From the NCBI GenBank assembly GCA_964603635.1, contig CAZRVH010000004.1:6816-70815 (forward strand): 64,000 bases of DNA. The letters run 5' to 3'. This DNA is from an uncultured Candidatus Peribacteria bacterium. Lineage in GTDB: Bacteria > Patescibacteriota > Gracilibacteria > Peribacterales > Peribacteraceae. The position numbers and the translations under genes are program-made. Within the stretch, counting starts at the first letter, position 1. Each line of letters opens with the position of its first letter. Under the pieces are notes generated by a model. It saw only the letters and a list, made by a program, of their open reading frames with translations, had not been told where the DNA came from and searched no databases. This document shows positions 8,664 to 16,964 of the stretch, piece by piece.

Positions 8664-9577
8664 TGGCAAAGATACCACTTGAATCATCGGCCCACCTTCG
8701 CCAAGGCTCCGGCGGGCAGGCGTTGACGCCTGCCGCGTATCACAATACGAACAAGTGCACGTGGTGCGACGGCTGCGGCGACTACGGTATCTGGACCGCC
8801 GTGAAGCGCGCGCTGGCCGCATCGAACATCGCGCCGCATGAGGTGTTGCTCTGCTACGACGTGGGTTGCCACGGCAACGCGTCGGACAAGATCGGGGGAT
8901 ACCGCTTCCACGGCCTGCACGGCCGCGTGCTGCCGTTCGCGGCGGGCGCGAAGATCGCCAACATGAAACTTCCCGTCATGGCCTTCGGCGGCGACGGGGC
9001 GAGCTTCAGCGAGGGGGTGGGACACTTGGTACACAGCATCCGCAGCAACTACCCCATCGTCTTCGTCCTGCACAATAACGCGAACTACGGACTCACCACC
9101 GGACAGGCATCCAGCCTGACGTGGCAGGGGCAGAAGATGAACACGTCGCCCAACGGCATGCCGGAGCACACGCTGCCGAGCATGGACTTCGTCTTCTCGC
9201 TGGAGCCTACTTTCGTAGCGCGCGGCTTTAGCGGAAACATCGCGCAGATGAGTGAGATTTTGCAGGCCGCCCTGAAGCACCGCGGCTTCGCCTTCGTGGA
9301 TTTCCTGCAGGCCTGCCCCACCTATAACAAATTCGCGACGCACGATTACTTACTGGAGCATGTGTACGTGCCAAAGAACCACGACATGTCGGACTTCAAA
9401 AAGGCCCGTGCGCTGGCGGTGGATACACGCGAGAAAATCGCGACGGGCATTTTGTATCAGAACGAAGAGATTCCGAATTTTTACGAGAGGTTGGTGCCGA
9501 GGCAGGGCAAAAAGACGACTCTTGTGGAGGAGGTGAAGGTGCAGGAGGTGGGGAAGCTGGAAAATATGTTTATATAA
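8663..9577 (+). CDS. korB: 2-oxoacid:ferredoxin oxidoreductase, beta (TPP-binding) subunit
   Basis: 304 aa. CTWCDGCGDYGI cysteine motif and AFGGDGAS TPP/Mg motif. Confidence 0.85.
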   Translation: MAKIPLESSAHLRQGSGGQALTPAAYHNTNKCTWCDGCGDYGIWTAVKRALAASNIAPHEVLLCYDVGCHGNASDKIGGYRFHGLHGRVLPFAAGAKIANMKLPVMAFGGDGASFSEGVGHLVHSIRSNYPIVFVLHNNANYGLTTGQASSLTWQGQKMNTSPNGMPEHTLPSMDFVFSLEPTFVARGFSGNIAQMSEILQAALKHRGFAFVDFLQACPTYNKFATHDYLLEHVYVPKNHDMSDFKKARALAVDTREKIATGILYQNEEIPNFYERLVPRQGKKTTLVEEVKVQEVGKLENMFI

Positions 9578-9665
9578 CATTTTTATACTATTGATAGTCG
9601 CAAAGTTAGACATTTCTACATAGGGTCTATATAGTGAGGATGTTCTATTTCAGTCATCCAATTTT

Positions 9666-10517
9666 ATGGACGAAGTGATCATCAGTATAGAGGGCAACGG
9701 TCTATCATACAATGGAATTACTGATGCTTTTAAGGCAGGACAGGTAATTGCCTTCTTGAACGCCCCTTCTGGTTCCTCTGCTGTTCACAGCAACATGGGT
9801 TCTATAGCGACGCAGAGACAGATTTTGGGAGTGGAGAAGCCGCGGAAGTCGCCTCGCGAAGCCATTATTCAGGCAAATGCAAAGACGAATGCACAAAAGA
9901 TTGCGGTGCTTGCAGATTTCTGGTTGCAACTCGATGGCAAAGAAAGTTTTAGCCCCTCAGATTTAAAGCCATTTTTTGCAAAAGCTGGCGAGCCCGTTCC
10001 AAAAAATTACAGTCGCGATATGCGCGATGCAGTGCAGCAGTGCTATATCACCGAACTGATTGATCAGTCTGGTCAATACATTCTCACGGAGAAAGGACAG
10101 GAGCTCGTCGCAAGCGGCTTCCAAGATGAGGCTCCGACAAAAAAGAGCCCCCGGAAAACTGGAGGTGGTGGAGCATCTTCTGGCAGAGGGGTGAAGGATT
10201 TGAGCGATGCGATCAAGGAAATAGAAGTGGTGAGTCACATGGACGGATTCATTCCTTTCCATTCGTTGCCAACCAAGGGTCAAAAGATACTGTGGATTCT
10301 TACTTTTGCGAAAAATAACGGAGTGGATACGCTTTCTACTAGCGAAGTTGAATACCTTGCGAATAGGCTGAATGAAAACATCACCACATCGTTGTTCAAT
10401 GGTCTCAACGAGGGCAATATGAAAAAAGGATTCGTCGCTCGCAAAGGCGATAAATACAGAATCATTCAATCGGGCATCGATCTAATTAAAGGCGGTGGGA
10501 GTGGCAGCGTTCAGTAG
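9666..10517 (+). CDS. Hypothetical protein, two winged-helix-like halves
   Basis: 283-aa ORF in a visibly AT-richer stretch. Halves are separated by a basic Gly/Ser linker (KKSPRKTGGGGASSGRG). No family recognised. Confidence 0.5.
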   Translation: MDEVIISIEGNGLSYNGITDAFKAGQVIAFLNAPSGSSAVHSNMGSIATQRQILGVEKPRKSPREAIIQANAKTNAQKIAVLADFWLQLDGKESFSPSDLKPFFAKAGEPVPKNYSRDMRDAVQQCYITELIDQSGQYILTEKGQELVASGFQDEAPTKKSPRKTGGGGASSGRGVKDLSDAIKEIEVVSHMDGFIPFHSLPTKGQKILWILTFAKNNGVDTLSTSEVEYLANRLNENITTSLFNGLNEGNMKKGFVARKGDKYRIIQSGIDLIKGGGSGSVQ

Positions 10518-10613
10518 GCGGGTGTAGGCCTAGCAACGAATTCCAACCTTGTTGCTACACATCCCCCAAATACTAGTTCTGGACGCTACCTCTCCCACTT
10601 CATCTTTATTGTA

Positions 10614-11219
10614 TCACAAAGGCTCTTTTTGGGCTATCTCTGATTTCTTGCCCCTTCCCCTTCCTCCTCTCCTTCCTCTGCGGCGCTTTTTCTGCTCGGC
10701 GGTCTTTTCCTTCTTCACTTCCTTGATCTCCACCTTCTTGCTTTCCATCTTCATCATCAGTTCCGTCGCTAGCTGCACGCACTTCAGGCAGGCGCCGCGG
10801 TAGTCGGTGGCCAGCTGCTTCAGCAGTTCCTTGTTATCCGCTTCGCGCTTCATGTATTCCTCGCTGAAGAGGCGGTGCAGCACCAGGTTGCGTCGCTTGT
10901 AGAGCATGTCCAGCTCCTTGTAGAAATTCTCACCGATCAGCTTCAGGCGGACGGCTTCCTTGTAGAGGGAGCGGTCGCTGGCGCCGCCGGAGATTTTATT
11001 GCGCGTGTTGAAAATGAGGTCCTCCAGGTACGGGTGGCGCTTGCTAGAGCCCGTCATCTCCATGGTGATGCGGTGCGCGTGGCTGTGGATGCTGTCGCGC
11101 AGGAAGTGGTTGATGAGGTTGAGGTCGATGATGATGGACTGCAGGTAGTAGCCGTGCTCGAAGGCCTTGTGCGCCTCGTCCGCCCAACGGAGGAGGAGAG
11201 AGTTTTGTGAATCGTTCAT
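10614..11219 (-). CDS. Hypothetical helical protein with HEPN-like R-N-x3-H motif and Arg/Lys-rich tail
   Basis: 201 aa. Motif MLYKRRNLVLHRLF fits Rx4H. C-terminal KKRRRGRRGGRGRGKK. Converges on 9666..10517. Confidence 0.5.
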   Translation of the reverse strand: MNDSQNSLLLRWADEAHKAFEHGYYLQSIIIDLNLINHFLRDSIHSHAHRITMEMTGSSKRHPYLEDLIFNTRNKISGGASDRSLYKEAVRLKLIGENFYKELDMLYKRRNLVLHRLFSEEYMKREADNKELLKQLATDYRGACLKCVQLATELMMKMESKKVEIKEVKKEKTAEQKKRRRGRRGGRGRGKKSEIAQKEPL

Positions 11220-11289
11220 ATGGACTCAAGTATAGGCTTCCCTGGCGGGAAAGCGAGTGGCTGGAGAATGCTCCTTTTTCCGTTGACGG

Positions 11290-11715
11290 ATGTCACATTT
11301 TCTTTACAATTCTGCCCTTGCTCTTATGCCCCTCGCAATGAACGAACCCACAAAAGAAATGGTCCGTCCCGAACTGACAGACGATGTCACGTCCGACACG
11401 CTTGCCGCCAACCTCGGCAAGGCAGTGGAGCGTTATGAGGCCGCCAAGTTGGCGTCGAATGTACAGCGCATGGCTGATCTGCGGATAGTCATCGAATGGA
11501 TTCGGGATGATTTGCATACCGTGATGTGCGAAAGGGATCATGCAGGCGATGATGCCGCGGCACTGGAAGACCCGCGTTTCGATTCCATTATTGCGCGGGC
11601 CGCGACCATCTTGAAGCCTCGTGAAAGGGCTACATCCCGCCGCTTGCCAGTGGTTGACCCTCGTTCCTACGCTGCGAAGGCACAAAGAAAAAATGTGCTC
11701 GGGAGCCTCATATAA
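11290..11715 (+). CDS. Hypothetical protein
   Basis: 141-aa ORF with no family recognised. Start uncertain (alternative ATGs within the first 20 codons). Confidence 0.4.
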   Translation: MSHFLYNSALALMPLAMNEPTKEMVRPELTDDVTSDTLAANLGKAVERYEAAKLASNVQRMADLRIVIEWIRDDLHTVMCERDHAGDDAAALEDPRFDSIIARAATILKPRERATSRRLPVVDPRSYAAKAQRKNVLGSLI

Positions 11716-11781
11716 GAAATATGCCATACTCGGGTCTTACGTCCTTCGTTCGCCTCCGTGTGGCGGGGTACGGCAGGCGGG

Positions 11782-11790
11782 TGCTATAGT
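11782..11790 (+). promoter_or_regulatory. Extended -10-like box TGCTATAGT upstream of trmD
   Basis: gTGCTATAGTttgctttctactgtATG, 14 nt from the trmD ATG. Same box type as 5158-5166, 42592-42600 and 58422-58430. Confidence 0.35.
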
Positions 11791-11804
11791 TTGCTTTCTA
11801 CTGT

Positions 11805-12509
11805 ATGCGCGTCGATATCATTACCCTGTTTCCGGCCATGTTCGAAGGTCCCTTGACCGAGAGCATTTTGAAGCGCGCGCAGGAGAACGACTTGCTGCAG
11901 ATCCACTTCCACGACCTGCGGCAGTACGGCATCGGCAATTACAAGCAGGTCGACGACCGCCCCTACGGCGGGGGCGCCGGCATGCTGATGATGTGCGAAC
12001 CGGTGGTGAATGCTCTTGAGAGTATTACCGAGGCAGGTGCAAAGGAATTATATGAAACACGAGACACGAGACACGAGACACGAGACTCGCAGCTCAAACC
12101 GCATCGCATCTACTTCACGCCGCGCGGCGCCACGCTGACGCAGGAGAGGGTGGAGACGTTGTCCTCGCACCAGTGGCTCATCCTTTTGTGCGGACACTAC
12201 GAAGGCATCGACCAGCGCATCATCGACGGGGGATGGATCGACGAGGAGATCAGTATCGGAGACTACGTCCTGACGGGCGGGGAGCTTCCAGCGATGGTGT
12301 TGGTGGACGCGGTTGCGCGCCACATCCCGGGCGTTTTGGGGAAGGACGAATCCGCGGGGGAGGAAAGTTTTTCAGCCGCGTTGGATCGCAAGAAGGAGTA
12401 TCCCCACTACACTCGTCCGGAGGAATTCCGCGGTCTCACCGTTCCGCCTGAATTGCTCAGCGGGCACCATAAGGAGATAGAGAAATGGCGAAAGAATCAG
12501 ACGAAATGA
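11805..12509 (+). CDS. trmD: tRNA (guanine37-N1)-methyltransferase
   Basis: 234 aa. MRVDIITLFPAMF, DDRPYGGGAGMLM, CGHYEGIDQR and GDYVLTGGELPAMVLVDAV are canonical TrmD blocks. Confidence 0.9.
   Translation: MRVDIITLFPAMFEGPLTESILKRAQENDLLQIHFHDLRQYGIGNYKQVDDRPYGGGAGMLMMCEPVVNALESITEAGAKELYETRDTRHETRDSQLKPHRIYFTPRGATLTQERVETLSSHQWLILLCGHYEGIDQRIIDGGWIDEEISIGDYVLTGGELPAMVLVDAVARHIPGVLGKDESAGEESFSAALDRKKEYPHYTRPEEFRGLTVPPELLSGHHKEIEKWRKNQTK
12054..12088. repeat. Heptanucleotide tandem repeat (GAGACAC)n inside trmD
   Basis: gaaacac gagacac gagacac gagacac gagactc: five 7-nt units, three perfect. Encodes ETRDTRHETRD in the inter-domain linker. Confidence 0.85.
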
Positions 12510-12624
12510 GCGCGTAGGGCATTGACATTTTCATAAAAAAACATAGAATGCCCGGACATTCGTATTGCCTCGCGGCGTTGCGATTTTGCTCGTTTTATAC
12601 CACTGTTTCCAAGGAGGCTGTCAG

Positions 12625-13098
12625 ATGCGAATCCGTTTGGCTGACGATGATTTAGAAGATTCGGAGTTGTGCCTGGTGGGCGAAGCGTGGGGCTGGGCGG
12701 ACCGTGACTTGCACGAAGGTTTCTGCCGCATTCCCGCGAAAGAAGATTTCCTCGTGCAGGACCTGACGAAGCCCGGGGATGATGCGTCGCCGGAAGAGCA
12801 GCTTGCGTACGAAGGGGCCGTCCTTCGCCGTGCGGCGTTCTTCCAGTACGCATATCGACGGCGTGCGTACGGCAAGCATCCCGAACTGCTTGATGCGGCG
12901 ACGAATGTCCTCAATGCGGAGCAAACGTTGCTCCGGTACGGCGCCGTTCTCGCTCTTGGAGATCTCTCGCTGGACGGATGTATTCCGGTCAATGACCTCG
13001 ACCCGGATTGTCCGCAGTACCGGATCATGATCGAGACGATCGTTCGGGGGTACGAAGCTCAACGTCAGGCGACACAGTCTTCTCTCCAGTCGGCGTAG
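12625..13098 (+). CDS. Hypothetical protein
   Basis: ORF track 12565..13098. ATG 12625 is preceded by AAGGAGG at -13 to -7 (ccAAGGAGGctgtcagATG). No family recognised. Confidence 0.5.
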   Translation: MRIRLADDDLEDSELCLVGEAWGWADRDLHEGFCRIPAKEDFLVQDLTKPGDDASPEEQLAYEGAVLRRAAFFQYAYRRRAYGKHPELLDAATNVLNAEQTLLRYGAVLALGDLSLDGCIPVNDLDPDCPQYRIMIETIVRGYEAQRQATQSSLQSA

Positions 13099-13132
13099 CG
13101 AACATGTTCGACGCTTGATGGTTATACGAATG

Positions 13133-13171
13133 AAGGCCTAGGAGTCACACGACTCTTAGGCCTTTTTCTTT
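13133..13171 (+). terminator. Rho-independent terminator
   Basis: aaggcctaggagtc-acac-gactcttaggcctt: 14-bp stem with one G-U, followed by tttcttt. Confidence 0.8.
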
Positions 13172-13191
13172 GCACGCGCTACACTCCCCGC

Positions 13192-13461
13192 ATGATCGAT
13201 GATCTCAAGGCAAAGCTGGCGAAGGACGGAACGGTTTCGTTCGGCGTACGCGTACGCCCGTACGCGCCGAAGTCTTCCGTGACGGGAAAGCTCATGGATG
13301 GCACCGTTAAAATCAACATCGACGCGCCCTCGGAAGAGGGGAAGGCGAATGCCGAACTGATCCGCTTCCTTGCGGAAGAGTTCAATGTCGTGCCGCCCCG
13401 CGTCCGGATTCTGGTCGGAGGCACGGGGCGGCGCAAGCTCATCAAGATCGAAAGTCAGTGA
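13192..13461 (+). CDS. DUF167 (YggU-like) protein
   Basis: 89 aa. VRVRPYAPKSSV ... VKINIDAPSEEGKANAELIRFLAEEF ... GGTGRRKLIKI matches the YggU pattern. TACACT box lies 6 nt before the ATG. Confidence 0.75.
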   Translation: MIDDLKAKLAKDGTVSFGVRVRPYAPKSSVTGKLMDGTVKINIDAPSEEGKANAELIRFLAEEFNVVPPRVRILVGGTGRRKLIKIESQ

Positions 13462-14151
13462 TCAGGGCTTGGGGAAGTTTTCGTAGTGGTTGGACGGCAG
13501 GTTCGTCTTTTCGGCCGCGAGGCGGTAGACCATCTCGGCCATTTCGCCGCGCGTGATCACCTGGTCGAATGCCTTGATGCTCGTCGGGATGGAGTTGCGC
13601 TCGGAGAGGCGCAGGACATATACCGTGTACCAGCGCGGATCATGGCCGCCGTCCGCACCGCCTTGCGCGTTGAGTTCCAGCACGTTGGACGCCACTTTCG
13701 CGGCTTCGACGAACGTGATGGGGTCATTCCCGCGGAAGGTTCCGTCCGGGTAGCCGTTGATGATGCCGTACATCTTGGCGATGCATACCGAGCGGGCGTA
13801 CCACGCGTCCTCATGGACGTCGCTGAACGCGGGAATGAGGGATCCCGTCATGCCGCTGTTCTCCGTACAGTCGGAGGCGCGCGTTGCCCGTAGCAGGAAG
13901 GGGTTGGTCATGAGCTGCACGAATTCCGCGCGGTTCATGCGTCGTCCCGGTTGGAACGTGCCGTCCTCGTACCCCTTCACGAGGTTATTCAGACGCAGAT
14001 ATTCCACTGCGTTGAAACTGGCGCTGCCTTCGGGAATGTCCGTGAAGGGATCGTGCGCGAAGGTCGTGGTTGCCGCCATTGCCGATGATGTCAGGCAGCA
14101 GCCGACCGCGGTGACGGCGGTCGCCATTGCCAGTCTCAGGTTCGGGATCAT
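13462..14151 (-). CDS. Secreted SLH-repeat protein
   Basis: ORF track 13462..14259; ATG 14151 (MIPNLRLAMATAVTAVG..., signal peptide). FTDIPEGSASFNAVEYL and FSDVHEDAWYARSV are SLH-type repeats. Confidence 0.65.
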   Translation of the reverse strand: MIPNLRLAMATAVTAVGCCLTSSAMAATTTFAHDPFTDIPEGSASFNAVEYLRLNNLVKGYEDGTFQPGRRMNRAEFVQLMTNPFLLRATRASDCTENSGMTGSLIPAFSDVHEDAWYARSVCIAKMYGIINGYPDGTFRGNDPITFVEAAKVASNVLELNAQGGADGGHDPRWYTVYVLRLSERNSIPTSIKAFDQVITRGEMAEMVYRLAAEKTNLPSNHYENFPKP

Positions 14152-14236
14152 AAGAGAGGAAGGAAGAAATAGAGAAGTGTCAGCTCTTATCTTATGACGA
14201 AGCAAGCCTCCCGTTCTTACAAGCAAGTCTTTTCTT

Positions 14237-14845
14237 TTAGAGACTATCCCGTATCGCACCCAGGAGATCCGCTTCCGTGGGCACGCCCGTGAATGTGTGT
14301 CCGTTGATGATGTACGTCGGGACGACCGTTACGCCACGCTGCTGCGCCGTGGATGCGGGTGCCGCTTGGGCAGTGCATGCGTCAAACGCCGCGCGGTCCG
14401 TTCCCGCGGGGAGTAACGTCTCGGTTCCCGTGATCAGGAGTCCGTGCATCGCGGCTCCTTTCCCTTGCGCCGCCGCGCAGCGGAGCATGGCCGCTTTCCT
14501 GGCACTCTCGGGATACTTTGCGAAGGCCGCGGGGAAAATGCGCACCTTCAGCGTTCCTTTCTCGATGAAGTTCGTATGCAGGAGGGGCATGAGCGCGTGG
14601 AACTGCCTGCTGTAGGGCGAGTCGTAGTTCAGGAAGAGATCCATTGCCAGGGATGCCCCGGCCCTTCCTATCTCCACGCCATCTTGGAACGGTTGTTCGA
14701 GGGATTGGCTGAGGAACGCATCCGAGGAAGAGGACGACGATGCATTCCCCTCCGTCACGTCTTCCAGGATGTCCTGGCTTTGGACCGTGCAGGCCGCGAG
14801 GGCCGTCAAAAGGACGCCGGTGGCGAGGAGATGCAGTTTCTTCAC
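14237..14845 (-). CDS. DsbA/thioredoxin-like lipoprotein with the CxxC site replaced by SPYS
   Basis: GTG start, lipobox LTALAAC. LFLNYDSPYSRQF aligns by eye with the DsbA-family F-x-D-x-x-C-P-x-C-x-x-F block. C-terminal VVPTYIINGHTFTG is the cis-Pro loop region. Confidence 0.65.
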   Translation of the reverse strand: MKKLHLLATGVLLTALAACTVQSQDILEDVTEGNASSSSSSDAFLSQSLEQPFQDGVEIGRAGASLAMDLFLNYDSPYSRQFHALMPLLHTNFIEKGTLKVRIFPAAFAKYPESARKAAMLRCAAAQGKGAAMHGLLITGTETLLPAGTDRAAFDACTAQAAPASTAQQRGVTVVPTYIINGHTFTGVPTEADLLGAIRDSL

Positions 14846-14905
14846 GGGCGTAGTCTAGCGCGAATCGACCCTGCGTCCACGCACAATCTACGGTATTCTG
14901 GTCGC

Positions 14906-15634
14906 ATGGACAGAGTCCGATTGCTTGGCATTCCCATCGATCCCGTCACGGCGGCGGAAGTTCTTATCCGCCTGAAGTCCTTCCTTTCGGATGGCCGGCA
15001 GCACCATGTGATGACGCCGAACAGCGAGATGCTCGTGGCGGCATCGAAGGACGCACCGTTCCGCGCGCTGCTCAACCGGACCGATCTCAATATCCCGGAT
15101 AGCCAGGGCCTGCTCTACGCCGCGCGTTGGACCGGGCAATATGTGCCCGAGCGTGTGACGGGCGTGGACACCGTGCAGGCGTTCTGCGCGACGCTGACGA
15201 AAGACATTCCCGTCTTCCTGCTCGGTGCCGCGCCGGGCGTCGCGGAGGCCGCTGCGGACGCGTTGAAGCGAAAGAATCCCGGACTGAACGTGGCGGGAAC
15301 CTTTGCTGGGTCGCCGCGGGACGAAGACGCATCGGATATCCTCCAACGGATCACGGTGTCCGGGGCGCAGGTATTATTCGTCGCCTATGGCGCGCCGTCG
15401 CAGGACCTTTGGATCGACACACACTTGAAAGAACTCCCGTCCGTGAAGATCGCGATGGGAATAGGAGGCACATTTGATTTCCTTGCGGGCGTCCAGAAAC
15501 GGGCGCCGTCGGTTTTCAGAAATCTCGGTTTGGAGTGGTTGTGGAGAGTGGTGCGGGAGCCGAAAAGGATCGGAAGGATCGTGACGGCGGTCATCGTGTT
15601 TCCGTTGTTGGTTTTGAAAAAGGGAAAAGAATGA
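14906..15634 (+). CDS. WecG/TagA/CpsF-family glycosyltransferase
   Basis: ORF track 14444..15634; ATG 14906 (MDRVRLLGIPIDPVT). VFLLGAAPGV ... LFVAYGAPSQDLWI ... GIGGTFDFLAG ... EWLWR are family blocks. Confidence 0.8.
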   Translation: MDRVRLLGIPIDPVTAAEVLIRLKSFLSDGRQHHVMTPNSEMLVAASKDAPFRALLNRTDLNIPDSQGLLYAARWTGQYVPERVTGVDTVQAFCATLTKDIPVFLLGAAPGVAEAAADALKRKNPGLNVAGTFAGSPRDEDASDILQRITVSGAQVLFVAYGAPSQDLWIDTHLKELPSVKIAMGIGGTFDFLAGVQKRAPSVFRNLGLEWLWRVVREPKRIGRIVTAVIVFPLLVLKKGKE

Positions 15635-15661
15635 TTTTTCGTCAGGGAGAGAAATTCTTGC

Positions 15662-15816
15662 CCCTTTTTGTCCCGTCAAAAAGGGACTGAAAAAGACGGC
15701 CCGCGTCCAAAGCACGCTCCGCCCGCCCCGCGGGCTCCATTTCTCGCTGTCGCGTCGAAATGTTCGCCCACGATGCTGACGCATGCGGGGCTTCCCCTTC
15801 ACCCTCCGTGGACGCG
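15662..15816 (+). repeat. 155-bp dispersed repeat, copy 1
   Basis: Identical to 24554-24708 except one base (T vs G after agggac), same orientation. Intergenic. Confidence 0.9.
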
Positions 15817-15913
15817 GGGTGCCACCCGGTGCCGTTTAAGGCGTGTCATGGTGAGCCACGTCGAACCATGCCTAGCCTCCCTCTTTCGGCGGGTGAGGGT
15901 CGGGGTGAGGGGA

Positions 15914-16246
15914 TTATTCGTCCCTGTGCAGGTTCTCGATGTTCGCCACGAACCACTGCGTCTCGCCCTTTTTCAATTTGATCACTTTGGGTCCTTCCTT
16001 CGTTTCCGCCAGGTAATCGCGTTCGGTTTCCCCGTCGCGCAGGAGCGTACTCGTCGTGATTTCCTCGTCCGGAAGAAGAAGGTAAATCGCGAGGTCCGGC
16101 TTGTCCGTGAGAGCAGCCTTGAAATTATGCGCGCTCCTGGCCAATGCGGCCGCCGCGCTCACGATCAGCACGCATAAAACCACCGACCACATCACCGTCC
16201 TTTTGAACAGTGGATGTGAAAGATGATGTACATGAAACTTCTTCAT
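15914..16246 (-). CDS. Small membrane-anchored hypothetical protein
   Basis: 110 aa, with one N-terminal TM segment (VMWSVVLCVLIVSAAAAL). No family recognised. Confidence 0.45.
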   Translation of the reverse strand: MKKFHVHHLSHPLFKRTVMWSVVLCVLIVSAAAALARSAHNFKAALTDKPDLAIYLLLPDEEITTSTLLRDGETERDYLAETKEGPKVIKLKKGETQWFVANIENLHRDE

Positions 16247-16304
16247 TTCGACTCATTCTACCATTTTTGCGTTCCACATCCAAGATCACTACTATGGGCG
16301 GGCT

Positions 16305-16958
16305 ATGGGTACACTCATTCTTGTCAGACACGGCCAGTCCGAATGGAACGTGGCCAACATCTTCACCGGTTGGACCGACGTGAATCTCACGGAAGCGGGA
16401 CAGAAAGACGCGCGGTCTTCTGGTAATCATTTAAAGGAATTCACGGTTGATATCGCGTTCACTTCTCGCCTGAAGCGCGCACAGCTCACGCTCGCGGGCG
16501 TGCTGGAATCCATGGGGCAGAATCCGCCCGTCGAAAAAGACAGCGCCCTCAACGAGCGTCACTATGGAGAGCTGCAGGGTCTCGACAAATCCGAGACCGC
16601 CAAGAAGTACGGCGAAGAGCAGGTGAAGATCTGGCGCCGCAGCTATGACACGCCGCCTCCCGGAGGGGAGAGCATGGCGGATTGCGAGCGCCGCACGATG
16701 CCTTTCTTTATGCAGTATGTGTGGCCGTATGTTTTGGAGGGAAAGACGGTCCTCGTGGCCGCGCACGGAAACAGCCTCCGCCCCATCCGCAAATTCCTGG
16801 AGAACCTGACCAAAGACGAAGCCGCGACGATCGAAACCGAATTCTGCGCTCCGTATATCTACTGGATCGAAGACGGAAAGGTTGCGAAGAAGGAGGCGCG
16901 CGAGGTTCCCGAACTTATCGTGAAAGGAGGCACGTCCGCCGTTTCCAAGGCGAAGTAA
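16305..16958 (+). CDS. gpmA: 2,3-bisphosphoglycerate-dependent phosphoglycerate mutase
   Basis: LILVRHGQSEWN catalytic His motif, ERHYGELQG and AAHGNSLR. Confidence 0.9.
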   Translation: MGTLILVRHGQSEWNVANIFTGWTDVNLTEAGQKDARSSGNHLKEFTVDIAFTSRLKRAQLTLAGVLESMGQNPPVEKDSALNERHYGELQGLDKSETAKKYGEEQVKIWRRSYDTPPPGGESMADCERRTMPFFMQYVWPYVLEGKTVLVAAHGNSLRPIRKFLENLTKDEAATIETEFCAPYIYWIEDGKVAKKEAREVPELIVKGGTSAVSKAK

Positions 16959-16964
16959 ATCCGC

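Noticed and set aside
12054-12088. CRISPR-like or other array signatures (also considered at 27619-27646 and the G/A-rich elements).
   Set aside because: Units are 7-14 nt with no spacers, and no repeat-spacer periodicity of 25-40 nt occurs anywhere in the window. No cas-like genes were recognised.
15374-15802. ORFs 15374..15802 (-) and 24314..24694 (-) share the N-terminus MKGKPRMRQHRGRTFRRDSEKWSPRGGRSVLWTRAVFF and looked like a duplicated gene or transposase fragment.
   Set aside because: Identity begins and ends exactly at the borders of the 155-bp DNA repeat, and the peptide is basic low-complexity. Downstream sequences are unrelated, and one runs antisense into the TagA-like gene. I treat it as a non-coding repeat.
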